Positions 32,172 through 41,134 of a stretch of 60,454 bases of DNA are shown here, one piece after another; within the stretch, counting starts at the first letter, position 1, and every line of letters begins with the position of its first letter. The stretch comes from Dehalococcoidia bacterium (lineage in GTDB: Bacteria > Chloroflexota > Dehalococcoidia > WHTO01), in assembly GCA_009377665.1 (NCBI GenBank), contig WHTO01000001.1, positions 1-60,454 of the forward strand. The letters run 5' to 3'. Below the pieces are notes generated by a model, which was given only the letters and a program-made list of their open reading frames with translations, was not told the DNA's origin and did no database searches. The position numbers were made by a program, and so were the translations under genes.

Positions 32172-33218
32172 TTAGTCGATCTCGATACCGTCGTAACCGT
32201 TGTTGGTGATCTCAGTCGTTATCGCCTGGATGTGCGTCTGCGCCGCTACGTCGTTGCCCAGGATCGTTTCGGCGGCGGTTACTTCATCTTCCGTGTCGGC
32301 CCTGATCACCGGCACGACCTGGAATTCTCCAGTGACGGCCGGCGCCACACCGAGCAGAGCGCCGTCGACCTGTGGGCTGTAGGCGACCGGATTGACCGCG
32401 GTGAGCAGGCCAGGCGGCGCCGCGCTGTCGATGGCGGCGCCCTCGGGGAGGAAGCCCTCAACCCGGAGCGCGGCTGCCGTCCGGCGCATGACGATCACGT
32501 TCTCGGGCAGCTGTGGCAGCTGTCCCTCCACCGCGGTGCCATCACTGGTCAGGACCGCGTCTACAACCGGCCTGTAGGCGCCGTTGTCGTGCGTGTAGAA
32601 GCCCAGGTTCTCGCCATCCTGCGTCATGGTGGTGAGGTTGAGAATTATGTCAAGGGGCCCACAGGGCTCGGTGTTGGCCTCCAGCTCGCGAAGCGGGCTT
32701 TCAGCCACGAGGTTCTGAGGAACGGTGGGTATGTCGCCGGGAATGCTAGCGCTAACGCCATCGCAGACATCTGCGATCTGGGCCGGTGACGACGCGTCAT
32801 CGTCGCCGCTCAGCAGCTCGAACGGCGGCAGGAAGAGCGCGAAGACCAGCAGCGCTAGGACGAACACGACCCCGCCGATCACATAGGGGATCGGGTCTCT
32901 GCCCCCGCTCGGCGCCCGCCGTGCCGGCCGCGGGCTCGGCGCTGGTGCAGCAGCACGCCTTGGCGACACAGGCGCCGTCTCGAACGGCCCCGAGGCGCGC
33001 TGCGGCGACGGTGCTTCACGCCGTGGGGGCGACTCGGTGTCCCAGGCCGGGGGTGTGCGCGGTTGAGAAGGCGCGGGGGGCGGCGCCTGTTCCTCCCTTG
33101 CTGGTGGGGGCTGAGGCTCGGGAGGCGGCGTTGGATCCGGCCTGGATGGGCCACGGTCCGGGGGGCCGGAACCCCCGCCCACGAGATCGTCGAACGGCCC
33201 CGGACGCCGCTCACTCAC
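32172..33218 (-). CDS. N-terminal part of the same GH18-like protein (Pro-rich region, TM helix, start of the GH18 domain)
   Basis: It ends ...ITNNGYDGIEID followed by TAA, which is inside the GH18 DGxDxDxE motif. The Pro-rich N-terminus and one TM helix (VIGGVVFVLALLVFALFLPPF) are present. Confidence 0.6.
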   Translation of the reverse strand: MSERRPGPFDDLVGGGSGPPDRGPSRPDPTPPPEPQPPPAREEQAPPPAPSQPRTPPAWDTESPPRREAPSPQRASGPFETAPVSPRRAAAPAPSPRPARRAPSGGRDPIPYVIGGVVFVLALLVFALFLPPFELLSGDDDASSPAQIADVCDGVSASIPGDIPTVPQNLVAESPLRELEANTEPCGPLDIILNLTTMTQDGENLGFYTHDNGAYRPVVDAVLTSDGTAVEGQLPQLPENVIVMRRTAAALRVEGFLPEGAAIDSAAPPGLLTAVNPVAYSPQVDGALLGVAPAVTGEFQVVPVIRADTEDEVTAAETILGNDVAAQTHIQAITTEITNNGYDGIEID

Positions 33219-33233
33219 CGAGTCACCTGTGAC

Positions 33234-34391
33234 TCAAGGGGATCTCTCGACAACATCAACCTCAATGGACAGCGCCTCTGCGTTGCGCGCCACGCCCAGG
33301 GTTGCTGAATCGCCCGCGCGCAGTTCTTTGAGAAGGTTCAGGAACGGGCTCTCTTCCGATACCTCATCCCCTTCGATGCTCAGGATTAAGTCACCAACAA
33401 GCAAGCCGGCGGCAACAGCAGGGCCATTCGGGTCAACGGCCATCACAACTGTCGCCTGCCTCGGAACCCCATCGGCTTGTTGAATTGTAACCTCCTGCGT
33501 CTCGACGCCGATCCAGGGGCGCCGCACCGAGCCTGAAGCAATCAACTGAAAAGCGACATCGGCCACAGTGCGGCTGGAGATAGCGAAGGCAATGCCCTCC
33601 ACGGAGTCGCCGTTTCCGGTGTCGCGCACGACCGTCGTCAGGATGCCAATCAGCTCGCCACGACCGTTCAGGAGCGCGCCACCACTGTTTCCCTGGTTGA
33701 TGGCTGCGTCGGTTTGAACCAGGTCTTCCATGAATACGTTGTCCTTGAAGAACTGGCGGTGGACACCACTGACCACACCGGTGCTCACGCTCAGCGGAAG
33801 GTTGCGCAGGCTCTGTCCGAGAGCGATGACCGACTGTCCGGGCTCGATCTGGTCTGAATCGCCGACCGCGACGGCGGTGAGGGGCGATGCGTGCGCGACC
33901 TTTATGACCGCCAGGTCGTTGAATGGCCGGTCGTCGCCGATGACGGTCGCGGCAAGTTCATCGCCGCTGGCAAGCACCACCGTCAGCCGGTCGGCTCCCG
34001 CTATCACGTGCTCGTTGGTAACAATGAAGCCGTCATCGCGCAGGATGACGCCCGATCCGACGTTGACGGTCTCGACCACGGCTTCGCCCTCAACCCGGGA
34101 CGATTGGCCGATGATGGTGACCACGGCTCGGCTGGCCTGCTCCACGACCTCAGCCACGGTGGGAGGGGCGATGTCCTCGACGACCGGCTGAGGTTCGTCG
34201 CTGTCGTCCTCGTCAAGGGCACGCGCCGCCAGCAGACCGCCGAGCGCGCCCGCGGCGAGCCCGACCACCGCGAACGCCAACGTTAGCAGCGAGGCCTGGC
34301 GCCACGACATTGATTCCAACCTCATCGTTCTGCTCGGGGACCAGCTCAAACCGTTTAGCGCCGATCCTAGCATCGCTCCTGAGGGCGTCAC
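33234..34391 (-). CDS. htrA: HtrA/DegP-family serine protease (trypsin-like + PDZ); start uncertain
   Basis: It contains IVTNEHVI, DLAVIKV and NQGNSGGALLN (the catalytic Ser context), plus a C-terminal PDZ domain (AAGLLVGDLILSIEG). Internal ATGs at 34325 and 34310 are alternative starts. Confidence 0.88.
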   Translation of the reverse strand: MTPSGAMLGSALNGLSWSPSRTMRLESMSWRQASLLTLAFAVVGLAAGALGGLLAARALDEDDSDEPQPVVEDIAPPTVAEVVEQASRAVVTIIGQSSRVEGEAVVETVNVGSGVILRDDGFIVTNEHVIAGADRLTVVLASGDELAATVIGDDRPFNDLAVIKVAHASPLTAVAVGDSDQIEPGQSVIALGQSLRNLPLSVSTGVVSGVHRQFFKDNVFMEDLVQTDAAINQGNSGGALLNGRGELIGILTTVVRDTGNGDSVEGIAFAISSRTVADVAFQLIASGSVRRPWIGVETQEVTIQQADGVPRQATVVMAVDPNGPAVAAGLLVGDLILSIEGDEVSEESPFLNLLKELRAGDSATLGVARNAEALSIEVDVVERSP

Positions 34392-34417
34392 CTACTTCGG
34401 TGGGCGTGGCGCTCGCG

Positions 34418-34423
34418 TATAAT
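34418..34423 (+). promoter_or_regulatory. candidate -10 box (TATAAT) for the greA leader
   Basis: A perfect TATAAT lies in the divergent htrA/greA intergenic region. The -35 region is weak (TTCGGT). Confidence 0.35.
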
Positions 34424-34451
34424 CTCACGCAGAGACTCTTTTGCAAGAGGT

Positions 34452-34480
34452 GACTGGGCTCAGCCCAGTCGCCTTTTTCT
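34452..34480 (+). terminator. intrinsic terminator-like hairpin in the greA 5' leader
   Basis: GACTGGGCT-c-AGCCCAGTC (9-bp stem) is followed by GCCTTTTTCT. It lies about 65 nt upstream of the greA start, and no plus-strand gene ends upstream of it. Confidence 0.5.
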
Positions 34481-34545
34481 ACTATTCGTTTGTGCCCTGC
34501 CGCCTGTGCTCGCTAGACGCATGACGGGTGAAAGGGGAGGTTAAA

Positions 34546-35019
34546 GTGGCTGAGAAAACGGTTCCCCTGACAAAGGAAGGCGTTACCCGCCTTGAAGAAG
34601 AGCTGAAGCAGCTAGAAACCGTAGCCCGCCACGAGGTGGCGGCGAAGATCCACAACGCCAAAGAGCTGAGCAGCACCCAAAACAACGCCGAGTACGACGA
34701 GGCCAAGAACGAACAGGCCCGCATCGAGGGCCGGATCCTGGATATCCAGAACATACTCGCGCACGCAGCGGTGATCGATGAGGACGGCGCCCATCACGCC
34801 TCTAACGTGACGATCGGCGCCGACGTGACGGTGGTTGACGACGACGGCAAAGAGCGAAAGTTCACAATCGTTGGCTCGCCGGAGGTTGATCCCGCGGCTG
34901 GTCGGATCTCGAATGAATCTCCGGTGGGACAGGCCCTCCTCGGCAAAAAGGTTGGCGACGAGGTCCAGGTGGCCGTTCCGGCGGGACTGCGCAAGTACCG
35001 CATCAAGTTGATCAGCTAA
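34546..35019 (+). CDS. greA: transcription elongation factor GreA
   Basis: GTG at 34546 follows a GGGGAGG RBS. The protein reads VPLTKEGVTRLEEELKQLE...EYDEAKNEQARIEGRI...ISNESPVGQALLGKKVGDEV. Confidence 0.92.
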   Translation: MAEKTVPLTKEGVTRLEEELKQLETVARHEVAAKIHNAKELSSTQNNAEYDEAKNEQARIEGRILDIQNILAHAAVIDEDGAHHASNVTIGADVTVVDDDGKERKFTIVGSPEVDPAAGRISNESPVGQALLGKKVGDEVQVAVPAGLRKYRIKLIS

Positions 35020-35106
35020 GCCCCAGGGCCAGACCGCGCAGCGCTCCACGGAATTCGTCCGGCGTCCGGGCGCCCGCTGGCCGGCTGCCCGGGATAGGGT
35101 TGAAAA

Positions 35107-36594
35107 ATGGCAGCGAGCGAGAGGCACCAGGAGCTCAGGCAGCAACGTCTCGATAAGGCCCTGCGCTGGCGGGAGCGCGGCGTCGACCCCTACCCGCCGC
35201 GCGCTGTACGCTCGCACACCGCTAGCGAGGCTGCGCAGCTCGCCGATAGCCCTGAACCGACCACGGTTACGGTTGCTGGCCGCATCGTCGCCATGCGAGT
35301 CATGGGCAAGCTGGCCTTCCTCGACCTCCGCGATGGCAGCGGCCGCATCCAGGCCATGCTGCGTGCCGATTCGTTCGGCGCTGATCGCTTCGCGACTCTG
35401 CACGACCTCGACCTGGGGGACTTCATCGCCGTCAGCGGACAGCCCATGCGCACGCGCAAGGGCGAGCCCTCCGTCGATGCCACCGACTTCACGCTCCTCA
35501 CCAAGGCGATAGAGCCACCGCCGGAGAAGTGGCACGGCCTGGCCGACGTCGAGCAGCGCTATCGCCAGCGCTATCTCGACCTGATGAGCAACGACGGCGC
35601 CCGCGAGATCTTCCAACTCCGTAGCCAGGTCGTCTCGTGGATCCGGCGCTTCATGGACGAGCGCGGCTACCTCGAGGTTGAAACGCCGATCCTGCACAAC
35701 CTGGCCGGGGGCGCGGCGGCCCGGCCGTTCGTGACGCATCACAACGCGGTGGACCGCGACCTGTACCTGCGCGTGGCGCTCGAGCTTCACCTGAAGCGGC
35801 TGGTGGTCGGGGGGCTCGACCGCGTTTACGAGATCGGCCGAATCTTCCGGAACGAGGGCGCAGACACAACCCACAACCCCGAGTTCACGATGATGGAGTG
35901 GTACGAGGCTTACGCCGACTACACGACGATGGCGTCGATGTTCGAGGAGATCGTCTCCGGTGTCGCCCTCGACATACTCGGCACGACCGAGGTGGCGAAT
36001 CCCGATGGCGACGTCATCAACCTCGCGCCTCCCTGGCGCCGGTTGACGATGCGCCAGGGACTCATCGAATACACCGGCTTCGACTTCGAAGACTATCGCG
36101 ACCTGGAGCAGCTGCGCGGGCTGTTCGGCGAGCGCGGCCTTCCACTGCCCCCCGGGGCAGGATGGGGCAAGCTCGTCGACGAGATGGTCAAGCAATACGT
36201 CGAGCCTCACCTCGTGCAGCCCACCCTGCTGATCGACTATCCCGTCGAGCTGACGCCGCTGGCCAAGCGCAAGCCCGACAATCCGAGTCTCGTCGAGCGT
36301 TTCGAGCCGTTCGTGCGCAACTTCGAGATCGGCAACGCCTACACCGAACTGAACGATCCGGTCGACCAGCGCCAGCGCTTCGAGGAGCAAGCAAGACTGC
36401 GCGCTGCCGGGGACGAAGAGGCCGAACTGATCGACGAGGACTTCGTCAGGGCCATCGAGTACGGACTTCCCCCCACGGGGGGAGCCGGTCTTGGTATAGA
36501 CCGTCTCGTGATGGTCCTTTCCGGCCAGCACTCCATGCGCGAGGTCATTCTCTTCCCCGCCCTGCGCTCCGAGCAGACCGGCGGCGGAATCTGA
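35107..36594 (+). CDS. lysS: lysine--tRNA ligase (class II)
   Basis: 495 aa with an OB anticodon-binding domain and class II motifs (FRNEG, GLGIDRLVM). Confidence 0.96.
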   Translation: MAASERHQELRQQRLDKALRWRERGVDPYPPRAVRSHTASEAAQLADSPEPTTVTVAGRIVAMRVMGKLAFLDLRDGSGRIQAMLRADSFGADRFATLHDLDLGDFIAVSGQPMRTRKGEPSVDATDFTLLTKAIEPPPEKWHGLADVEQRYRQRYLDLMSNDGAREIFQLRSQVVSWIRRFMDERGYLEVETPILHNLAGGAAARPFVTHHNAVDRDLYLRVALELHLKRLVVGGLDRVYEIGRIFRNEGADTTHNPEFTMMEWYEAYADYTTMASMFEEIVSGVALDILGTTEVANPDGDVINLAPPWRRLTMRQGLIEYTGFDFEDYRDLEQLRGLFGERGLPLPPGAGWGKLVDEMVKQYVEPHLVQPTLLIDYPVELTPLAKRKPDNPSLVERFEPFVRNFEIGNAYTELNDPVDQRQRFEEQARLRAAGDEEAELIDEDFVRAIEYGLPPTGGAGLGIDRLVMVLSGQHSMREVILFPALRSEQTGGGI

Positions 36595-36639
36595 CGGGCG
36601 TACTTCCATCTGTTCTCGACTCCGATTGAACGATCTCCG

Positions 36640-37137
36640 ATGCTCAGGGCTGTGAAGAAGCACTTCACGGCGACCGGATTCGTAGTCGACGGGAGCAGCA
36701 CAATCCTGCACTGGCACCGAAAGCTCAACACCTGGATGCCGCCCGGCGGTCACATCGAGGAGGACGAGGATCCCATCGAGGCGCTCCTCCGCGAGATCCG
36801 CGAGGAGGCCGCCCTCGAAGCCGAGGTTGTGACCGCGTTCGAAAAGTGGTCCTTCGGTTACCCGCGGCAGGTGCCGCCACCCCGGGTGATCCTGGTTGAG
36901 GATATCGGGGGCCCCGGCGCGGACCATCAGCACATCGATCTCATCTACTACTGCCGCTCGCTCGGCCCGGCGGCCGGCTATATCGCCGACAAGGCGTTGC
37001 GACAGCGCTGGGTGCCCATCGCAGAACTGATCGATGGGGGCGCCCTTGACCTCGACGGACAACCATTGCCGATAGCGGACGACGTCCGCGAGCTGGCGAT
37101 TGACGCCATACGCACCGTCGGGACGGCGCCGTGCTGA
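36640..37137 (+). CDS. NUDIX hydrolase
   Basis: The Nudix box is present: GGHIEEDEDPIEALLREIREEAAL. Confidence 0.85.
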   Translation: MLRAVKKHFTATGFVVDGSSTILHWHRKLNTWMPPGGHIEEDEDPIEALLREIREEAALEAEVVTAFEKWSFGYPRQVPPPRVILVEDIGGPGADHQHIDLIYYCRSLGPAAGYIADKALRQRWVPIAELIDGGALDLDGQPLPIADDVRELAIDAIRTVGTAPC

Positions 37138-38429
37138 ACATTCAGCTCATCAGGTCGGAGCCACAGGCCGTCCGGCAGGCGCTTGAGCGCAAGTTTGCGG
37201 ACGTTGCCCAGCTCGACCGCCTCGTCGCCATCGACGAGAAGCACCGCGGGCTGCTGGTCGAGCTGGAAGCGCTGCGCGCCGAGCGAAACGCTGCCTCCAA
37301 ATCAATCGGCGCCACCAGAGATCCCGCCGAGCGCCAGGCGAAAATAGACGCCACGAAAGCTACCTCGGATCGCATCGGGGAGCTGGAATCGGTCGTGTCC
37401 GGGATCGAAAAACAGGTCCGGGAGCTGCTGCTGGCACTGCCAAATCTACCGGATGACGGGGTTCCCTTCGGCGAAGGAGAGTCGGCCAATCGCGTGATCG
37501 CGGAGGAGAGCGAGAAGCCAACGTTCGATTTCGAACCCCTCCCGCACTGGGACCTCGCCGACGGAATCGGCCTCGACTTCGAGCGTGGGGCAAAGATGTC
37601 GGGCTCGCGCTTCTACGTGCTCACCGGTGAGCTCGCCCGCCTGCAGAGGGCCCTGATTACCTGGATGCTCGACGTGCACACCCGTGACTTTGGCTTCCAG
37701 GAGATATACCCACCGGCCATGCTCAAAGAAGAGAGCCTGCTGGCAAGCGGCCACCTTCCCAAGTTCCGCGACAATCTCTACCGCGATGCCGAGGAAGACT
37801 ACTACTGGATCCCCTCCGCCGAGGCGCCGCTGGCGAACCTCCATCGCGACGAGGTCCTGCCGGCCGGAACCCTGCCAAGGCGGATGGTGGCTTACTCCCC
37901 GTGCTTTCGGCGCGAGAAGATGAGCGCCGGGCGCGACGTTCGTGGAATCAAACGCGGCCACCAGTTCGATAAGGTCGAGCTCTTCGTTTACTGCGAGCCC
38001 GAAGACAGCTACAACGAGCTCGACAGGCTTGTGGAACAGGCGCGCGAGCTGCCACGGCGCCTGGGCATCCCCCACCGCGTCCTGGAGCTGGGCACCGGCG
38101 ACCTCGACTTCAAGGCCACGAAGGCGTTCGACATCGAGCTCTGGGCCCCCGGTTGTGGGGAATGGTTGGAGGTCAGCTCCTGCTCGAACGTCACCGACTT
38201 CCAGGCGCGGCGCGCCAACATCCGCTATCGCAGCGAAGCCACGGGCCGGCCCCGCCACCCGCACATGCTCAACGCCTCCGGCCTCGGCCTGCCACGAACT
38301 CTGATCGCCGTGATCGAGAACTATCAGCGGAACGATGGCAGCGTGCGCGTTCCCGACGTGCTTCTTCCCTACATGGCGGGGACGTCGACCATAGGCGCCG
38401 AGAGCGTACTATCGGGGGGCCAGCGATGA
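37131..38429 (+). CDS. serS: serine--tRNA ligase
   Basis: 432 aa with an N-terminal coiled-coil arm and a class II core (FRRE, TGDLDF...ELW, SGLGLPRTLIAVIENYQ). The GTG start overlaps the NUDIX stop. Confidence 0.96.
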   Translation: MLNIQLIRSEPQAVRQALERKFADVAQLDRLVAIDEKHRGLLVELEALRAERNAASKSIGATRDPAERQAKIDATKATSDRIGELESVVSGIEKQVRELLLALPNLPDDGVPFGEGESANRVIAEESEKPTFDFEPLPHWDLADGIGLDFERGAKMSGSRFYVLTGELARLQRALITWMLDVHTRDFGFQEIYPPAMLKEESLLASGHLPKFRDNLYRDAEEDYYWIPSAEAPLANLHRDEVLPAGTLPRRMVAYSPCFRREKMSAGRDVRGIKRGHQFDKVELFVYCEPEDSYNELDRLVEQARELPRRLGIPHRVLELGTGDLDFKATKAFDIELWAPGCGEWLEVSSCSNVTDFQARRANIRYRSEATGRPRHPHMLNASGLGLPRTLIAVIENYQRNDGSVRVPDVLLPYMAGTSTIGAESVLSGGQR

Positions 38430-39187
38430 GCAACCTGCAGGGAAAAGTGGCGCTGGTGACGGGCTGTGGCAACGCCGAGGGGATCGGCTGGGCGACGGCC
38501 CTGCGCCTGGCGCACGATGGGGCCGACATCGCCATCCACGGCCGCCCCGAAGCCGAAGACGACACGCGAGAGCTGGGGGTTACCGTCGCCGGATTCGGCC
38601 GGCGGGCATTCCGCGTGACCGCTGACCTCGGACGCGAGGTCGACGTGACCAAGATGGTCGACCAGGCCCTTCAGCACTTCGGGCGGATAGACATCCTGGT
38701 CAACAACGCCGCGCTGCTCGGCCCGTTGAAACCGGCGCTCGAACTCGTCGGGCGCGACTGGGACTCGGCCTGGTACACCAACGTCCGCGGCGCGTTCGTC
38801 TGCGCGCGCGAGGCGGCGAAGACCATGATCAACCAGGGCAGCGGCGTCATCATCAACGTCGTGTCCGGGAACCACCCCGGCCAGCAGGATGCTCTCGTCT
38901 ACAACGCCACCAAGGCAGCGCTGCTATCGATCACGCATTCGCTCGCGGCCGAGCTGTCGCCCCAGGGGGTGCGCGTTAACGCCGTCGCTCCAGGCTGGGT
39001 CGACTCACCAATATCCGATAGCCTGCGCGGCGGCAAGCAGCAGCCCCAAAGGCGGCAGGCGCGCCCCATACAGGCGAAGGCGTGGCCGGCTGCGCCCGAA
39101 GATGTCGCCGCGGCCATCGTCTTCCTCGCATCGGAGGATGCTCAGCAGATCACCGACCGTATCGTCCACGTCGGTAAAGAGCCCTGA
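38426..39187 (+). CDS. SDR-family short-chain oxidoreductase
   Basis: The ATG overlaps the serS stop (ATGA). It contains KVALVTGCGNAEGIGWA, NNAAL and YNATKAAL (the YxxxK motif). Confidence 0.88.
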   Translation: MSNLQGKVALVTGCGNAEGIGWATALRLAHDGADIAIHGRPEAEDDTRELGVTVAGFGRRAFRVTADLGREVDVTKMVDQALQHFGRIDILVNNAALLGPLKPALELVGRDWDSAWYTNVRGAFVCAREAAKTMINQGSGVIINVVSGNHPGQQDALVYNATKAALLSITHSLAAELSPQGVRVNAVAPGWVDSPISDSLRGGKQQPQRRQARPIQAKAWPAAPEDVAAAIVFLASEDAQQITDRIVHVGKEP

Positions 39188-39227
39188 GGGACCGGGACCC
39201 AGGGCCTGCACGACAGAGCGAAGTAAC

Positions 39228-40340
39228 GTGAAGATCCTCGCGGTCGACATCGGAACCGGGACACAGGACATCCTGCTCTTCGACTCCGGTCAGCCAATCG
39301 AGAACTCGGTAAAGCTCGTCATGCCGGCGCCGACGGCGATAGCGGCGTCACGCGTCCGCGATGCCGCTGCTTCGGGTGACCCAGTCATCTTCACTGGACG
39401 CATCCAGGGCGGCGGCCCGGTGCACTGGGCTGCAGAGGATTATCTGCAGAGCGGCGGGGTGATCTACGCCACCGATGAAGCGGCCCGCACCTTCGATGAT
39501 GACCTGGCGAACGTGCAGACGATGGGAATCCACCTGGTCTCTGCGGACGAGGCCGTCCAGTGCAGCCGGGCAGGTTCTGTTGAAATCGTCCTCCGCGATC
39601 TCGACCTCAATGCCATCAGGGCCGCCCTGGCAGCCTTCGGGATCGCGCCCGGCTTCGACGGCATCGCGTTAGGCTGCCTCGATCACGGCAACGCCCCGCC
39701 GGGCTATTCGGATCGCCTCTTTCGTTTCGAGCATCTATCGCGCGTTATCGAGACCGGTCGCGGTCTGCACGGCTTTGCCCTGCTTCCCGAAGAGATACCT
39801 GGCTATCTGACCCGAGCCGCCGCGCTGATGGCCTCGGCGGATGGGCAGGCCGAGCGGCTGCTGTTCACGGATACCGGGCCCGCCGCAGCGCTGGGCGCGC
39901 TCCAGGATGAGGCCGTCGCGGGCAACCAGCGAGTGGTGGTGCTCAACGTCGGCAACATGCACACCCTGGCCTTCGACCTGGCGGGGACCAGCATCCAGTC
40001 GCTGTTCGAACATCACAGCGGCGAGCTCTCCGGACAGCAGATCGCTGACTTTACCCTCCGCCTCTCAGAAGGCGGCCTCAGCCATGAAGAGGTCTACTCG
40101 TCAAAGGGCCACGGAACGCTGTACGTGGGTGACGTCCGGCCGGATGGTGAACCCTTCTTCGCGGTCACGGGTCCTCAACGAGACAAGGTCCGCGGCCGCG
40201 GCCTGGAGGCCCACTTCGCGGCCCCCCACGGAGATATGATGCTGAGCGGCTGCTTCGGGCTGCTCGACGCCTTCGCCGGCCGTTTCCAGGACTGCGCGGA
40301 CGAGATCCGCAACAGGCTTGCACCGCCCGTCGTTGGGTAA
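39228..40340 (+). CDS. actin-like ATPase (ASKHA)-fold protein, DUF1786-like
   Basis: From GTG at 39228 the protein reads VKILAVDIGTGTQDILLFD, the phosphate-1 motif of the ASKHA fold. The family assignment is from memory only. The ORF-track N-terminal extension overlaps the SDR gene and was rejected. Confidence 0.45.
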   Translation: MKILAVDIGTGTQDILLFDSGQPIENSVKLVMPAPTAIAASRVRDAAASGDPVIFTGRIQGGGPVHWAAEDYLQSGGVIYATDEAARTFDDDLANVQTMGIHLVSADEAVQCSRAGSVEIVLRDLDLNAIRAALAAFGIAPGFDGIALGCLDHGNAPPGYSDRLFRFEHLSRVIETGRGLHGFALLPEEIPGYLTRAAALMASADGQAERLLFTDTGPAAALGALQDEAVAGNQRVVVLNVGNMHTLAFDLAGTSIQSLFEHHSGELSGQQIADFTLRLSEGGLSHEEVYSSKGHGTLYVGDVRPDGEPFFAVTGPQRDKVRGRGLEAHFAAPHGDMMLSGCFGLLDAFAGRFQDCADEIRNRLAPPVVG

Positions 40341-40414
40341 GGCGGAATCTGCTTTGTCACAATCCGCCCGTGATCCACGTCCTATGATCGCGACTTCAAG
40401 ATCGTGACTTACCC

Positions 40415-41134
40415 ATGACAGACCCCTCGATAAGCCTTCCCCTGGCTGGGAACCCGCTGGTGCGCGTGACCACAAGCTCCGGCAGGATCGCCTTCCACGC
40501 CGAGGATCGGCCGGACATCCTGATCCAATCGGGGGCTCCACCCCTGGAGAAGATCGAGATCAGCGGCGAAGAGATCCACTTTCACTCGGACAGGAAGGGC
40601 AGCCGGGACCTGGTGGTGCGGGTGCCCTCCAGCATGTCGATCGTGGCCGGCACGGCCTCGGGCGACATCAGCATGTCCGGCTCCTACGGCGAGGTCAGGG
40701 CTACGACAGCCAGCGGAAACATCGCAGTCGACGAGGCCGAAACCGTCGACTTGAGGACGATCTCCGGCGACGTTAACGTTGCCCGCTGCAGCGGCCGCTG
40801 CCGGTTGCAGAGCGTCAGCGGCAGGGCTCTCGTCGCGTCCTGCGGCTCGTCCGAGCTCTCAACCGTCTCCGGCGACGTCGAGCTGCAGAAGGTCAGCGGC
40901 GACGCGAAGGTACGCACGGTGAGCGGGCGCATCGAGATCACGAGTGAAGGCAAGGGAACGATTGCGGTCAAGACGGTCTCGGGTGGGGTCAGGATCGCCG
41001 TCCCGCAAGGAACGAGCCCGAACGCGAAGCTTGTAAGCCTCGGCTCCACTCCCCGCTGCGCCCTGCCTGGCGGCGCCGACTGCGAGATCGATGTGGTGTC
41101 GATGAGCGGGAAGATCGAAATTATCGACTCATGA
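40415..41134 (+). CDS. DUF4097-family beta-strand repeat protein
   Basis: Repeated units of T/VSGDV/I..., TASGNIAV, VSGRIEI and VSGGVRI are present. No signal peptide or TM helix is evident. Confidence 0.65.
   Translation: MTDPSISLPLAGNPLVRVTTSSGRIAFHAEDRPDILIQSGAPPLEKIEISGEEIHFHSDRKGSRDLVVRVPSSMSIVAGTASGDISMSGSYGEVRATTASGNIAVDEAETVDLRTISGDVNVARCSGRCRLQSVSGRALVASCGSSELSTVSGDVELQKVSGDAKVRTVSGRIEITSEGKGTIAVKTVSGGVRIAVPQGTSPNAKLVSLGSTPRCALPGGADCEIDVVSMSGKIEIIDS

Noticed and set aside
32172-32174. Programmed recoding (selenocysteine or pyrrolysine) at the in-frame stop of the GH18-like gene.
   Set aside because: The stop is TAA, not TGA or TAG. No SECIS-like hairpin is evident immediately downstream. 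A nonsense mutation or a sequencing error is the simpler explanation.
34612-37062. 816-aa minus-strand ORF spanning greA, lysS and the NUDIX gene. There are similar long ORFs at 13370-15763(+), 5798-7096(+), 16978-18321(+), 24678-26045(-), 26367-27326(-), 31377-32789(+), 46809-47825(+), 52446-53621(+), 58664-59854(+), 609-1598(+) and 1737-2858(+).
   Set aside because: They are antisense to genes with unambiguous conserved-protein signatures. Their translations are Arg/Gly/Leu/Asp/Val-rich low-complexity sequence with no motifs. Such stop-free antisense frames are expected in GC-rich DNA.
25100-38429. T-box leaders upstream of leuS, lysS and serS.
   Set aside because: leuS starts 4 nt after mgtC. 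serS overlaps the NUDIX gene. The greA-lysS gap is only 87 nt. None of these leaves room for a ~200-nt T-box.
38153-39227. ORF-track N-terminal extensions of the SDR gene (from 38153) and of the DUF1786-like gene (from 38889).
   Set aside because: Both extensions overlap the preceding well-supported genes (serS and the SDR gene) in another frame and are Arg/Pro-rich. Conserved N-termini begin at 38426 (ATGA overlap) and 39228 (GTG).
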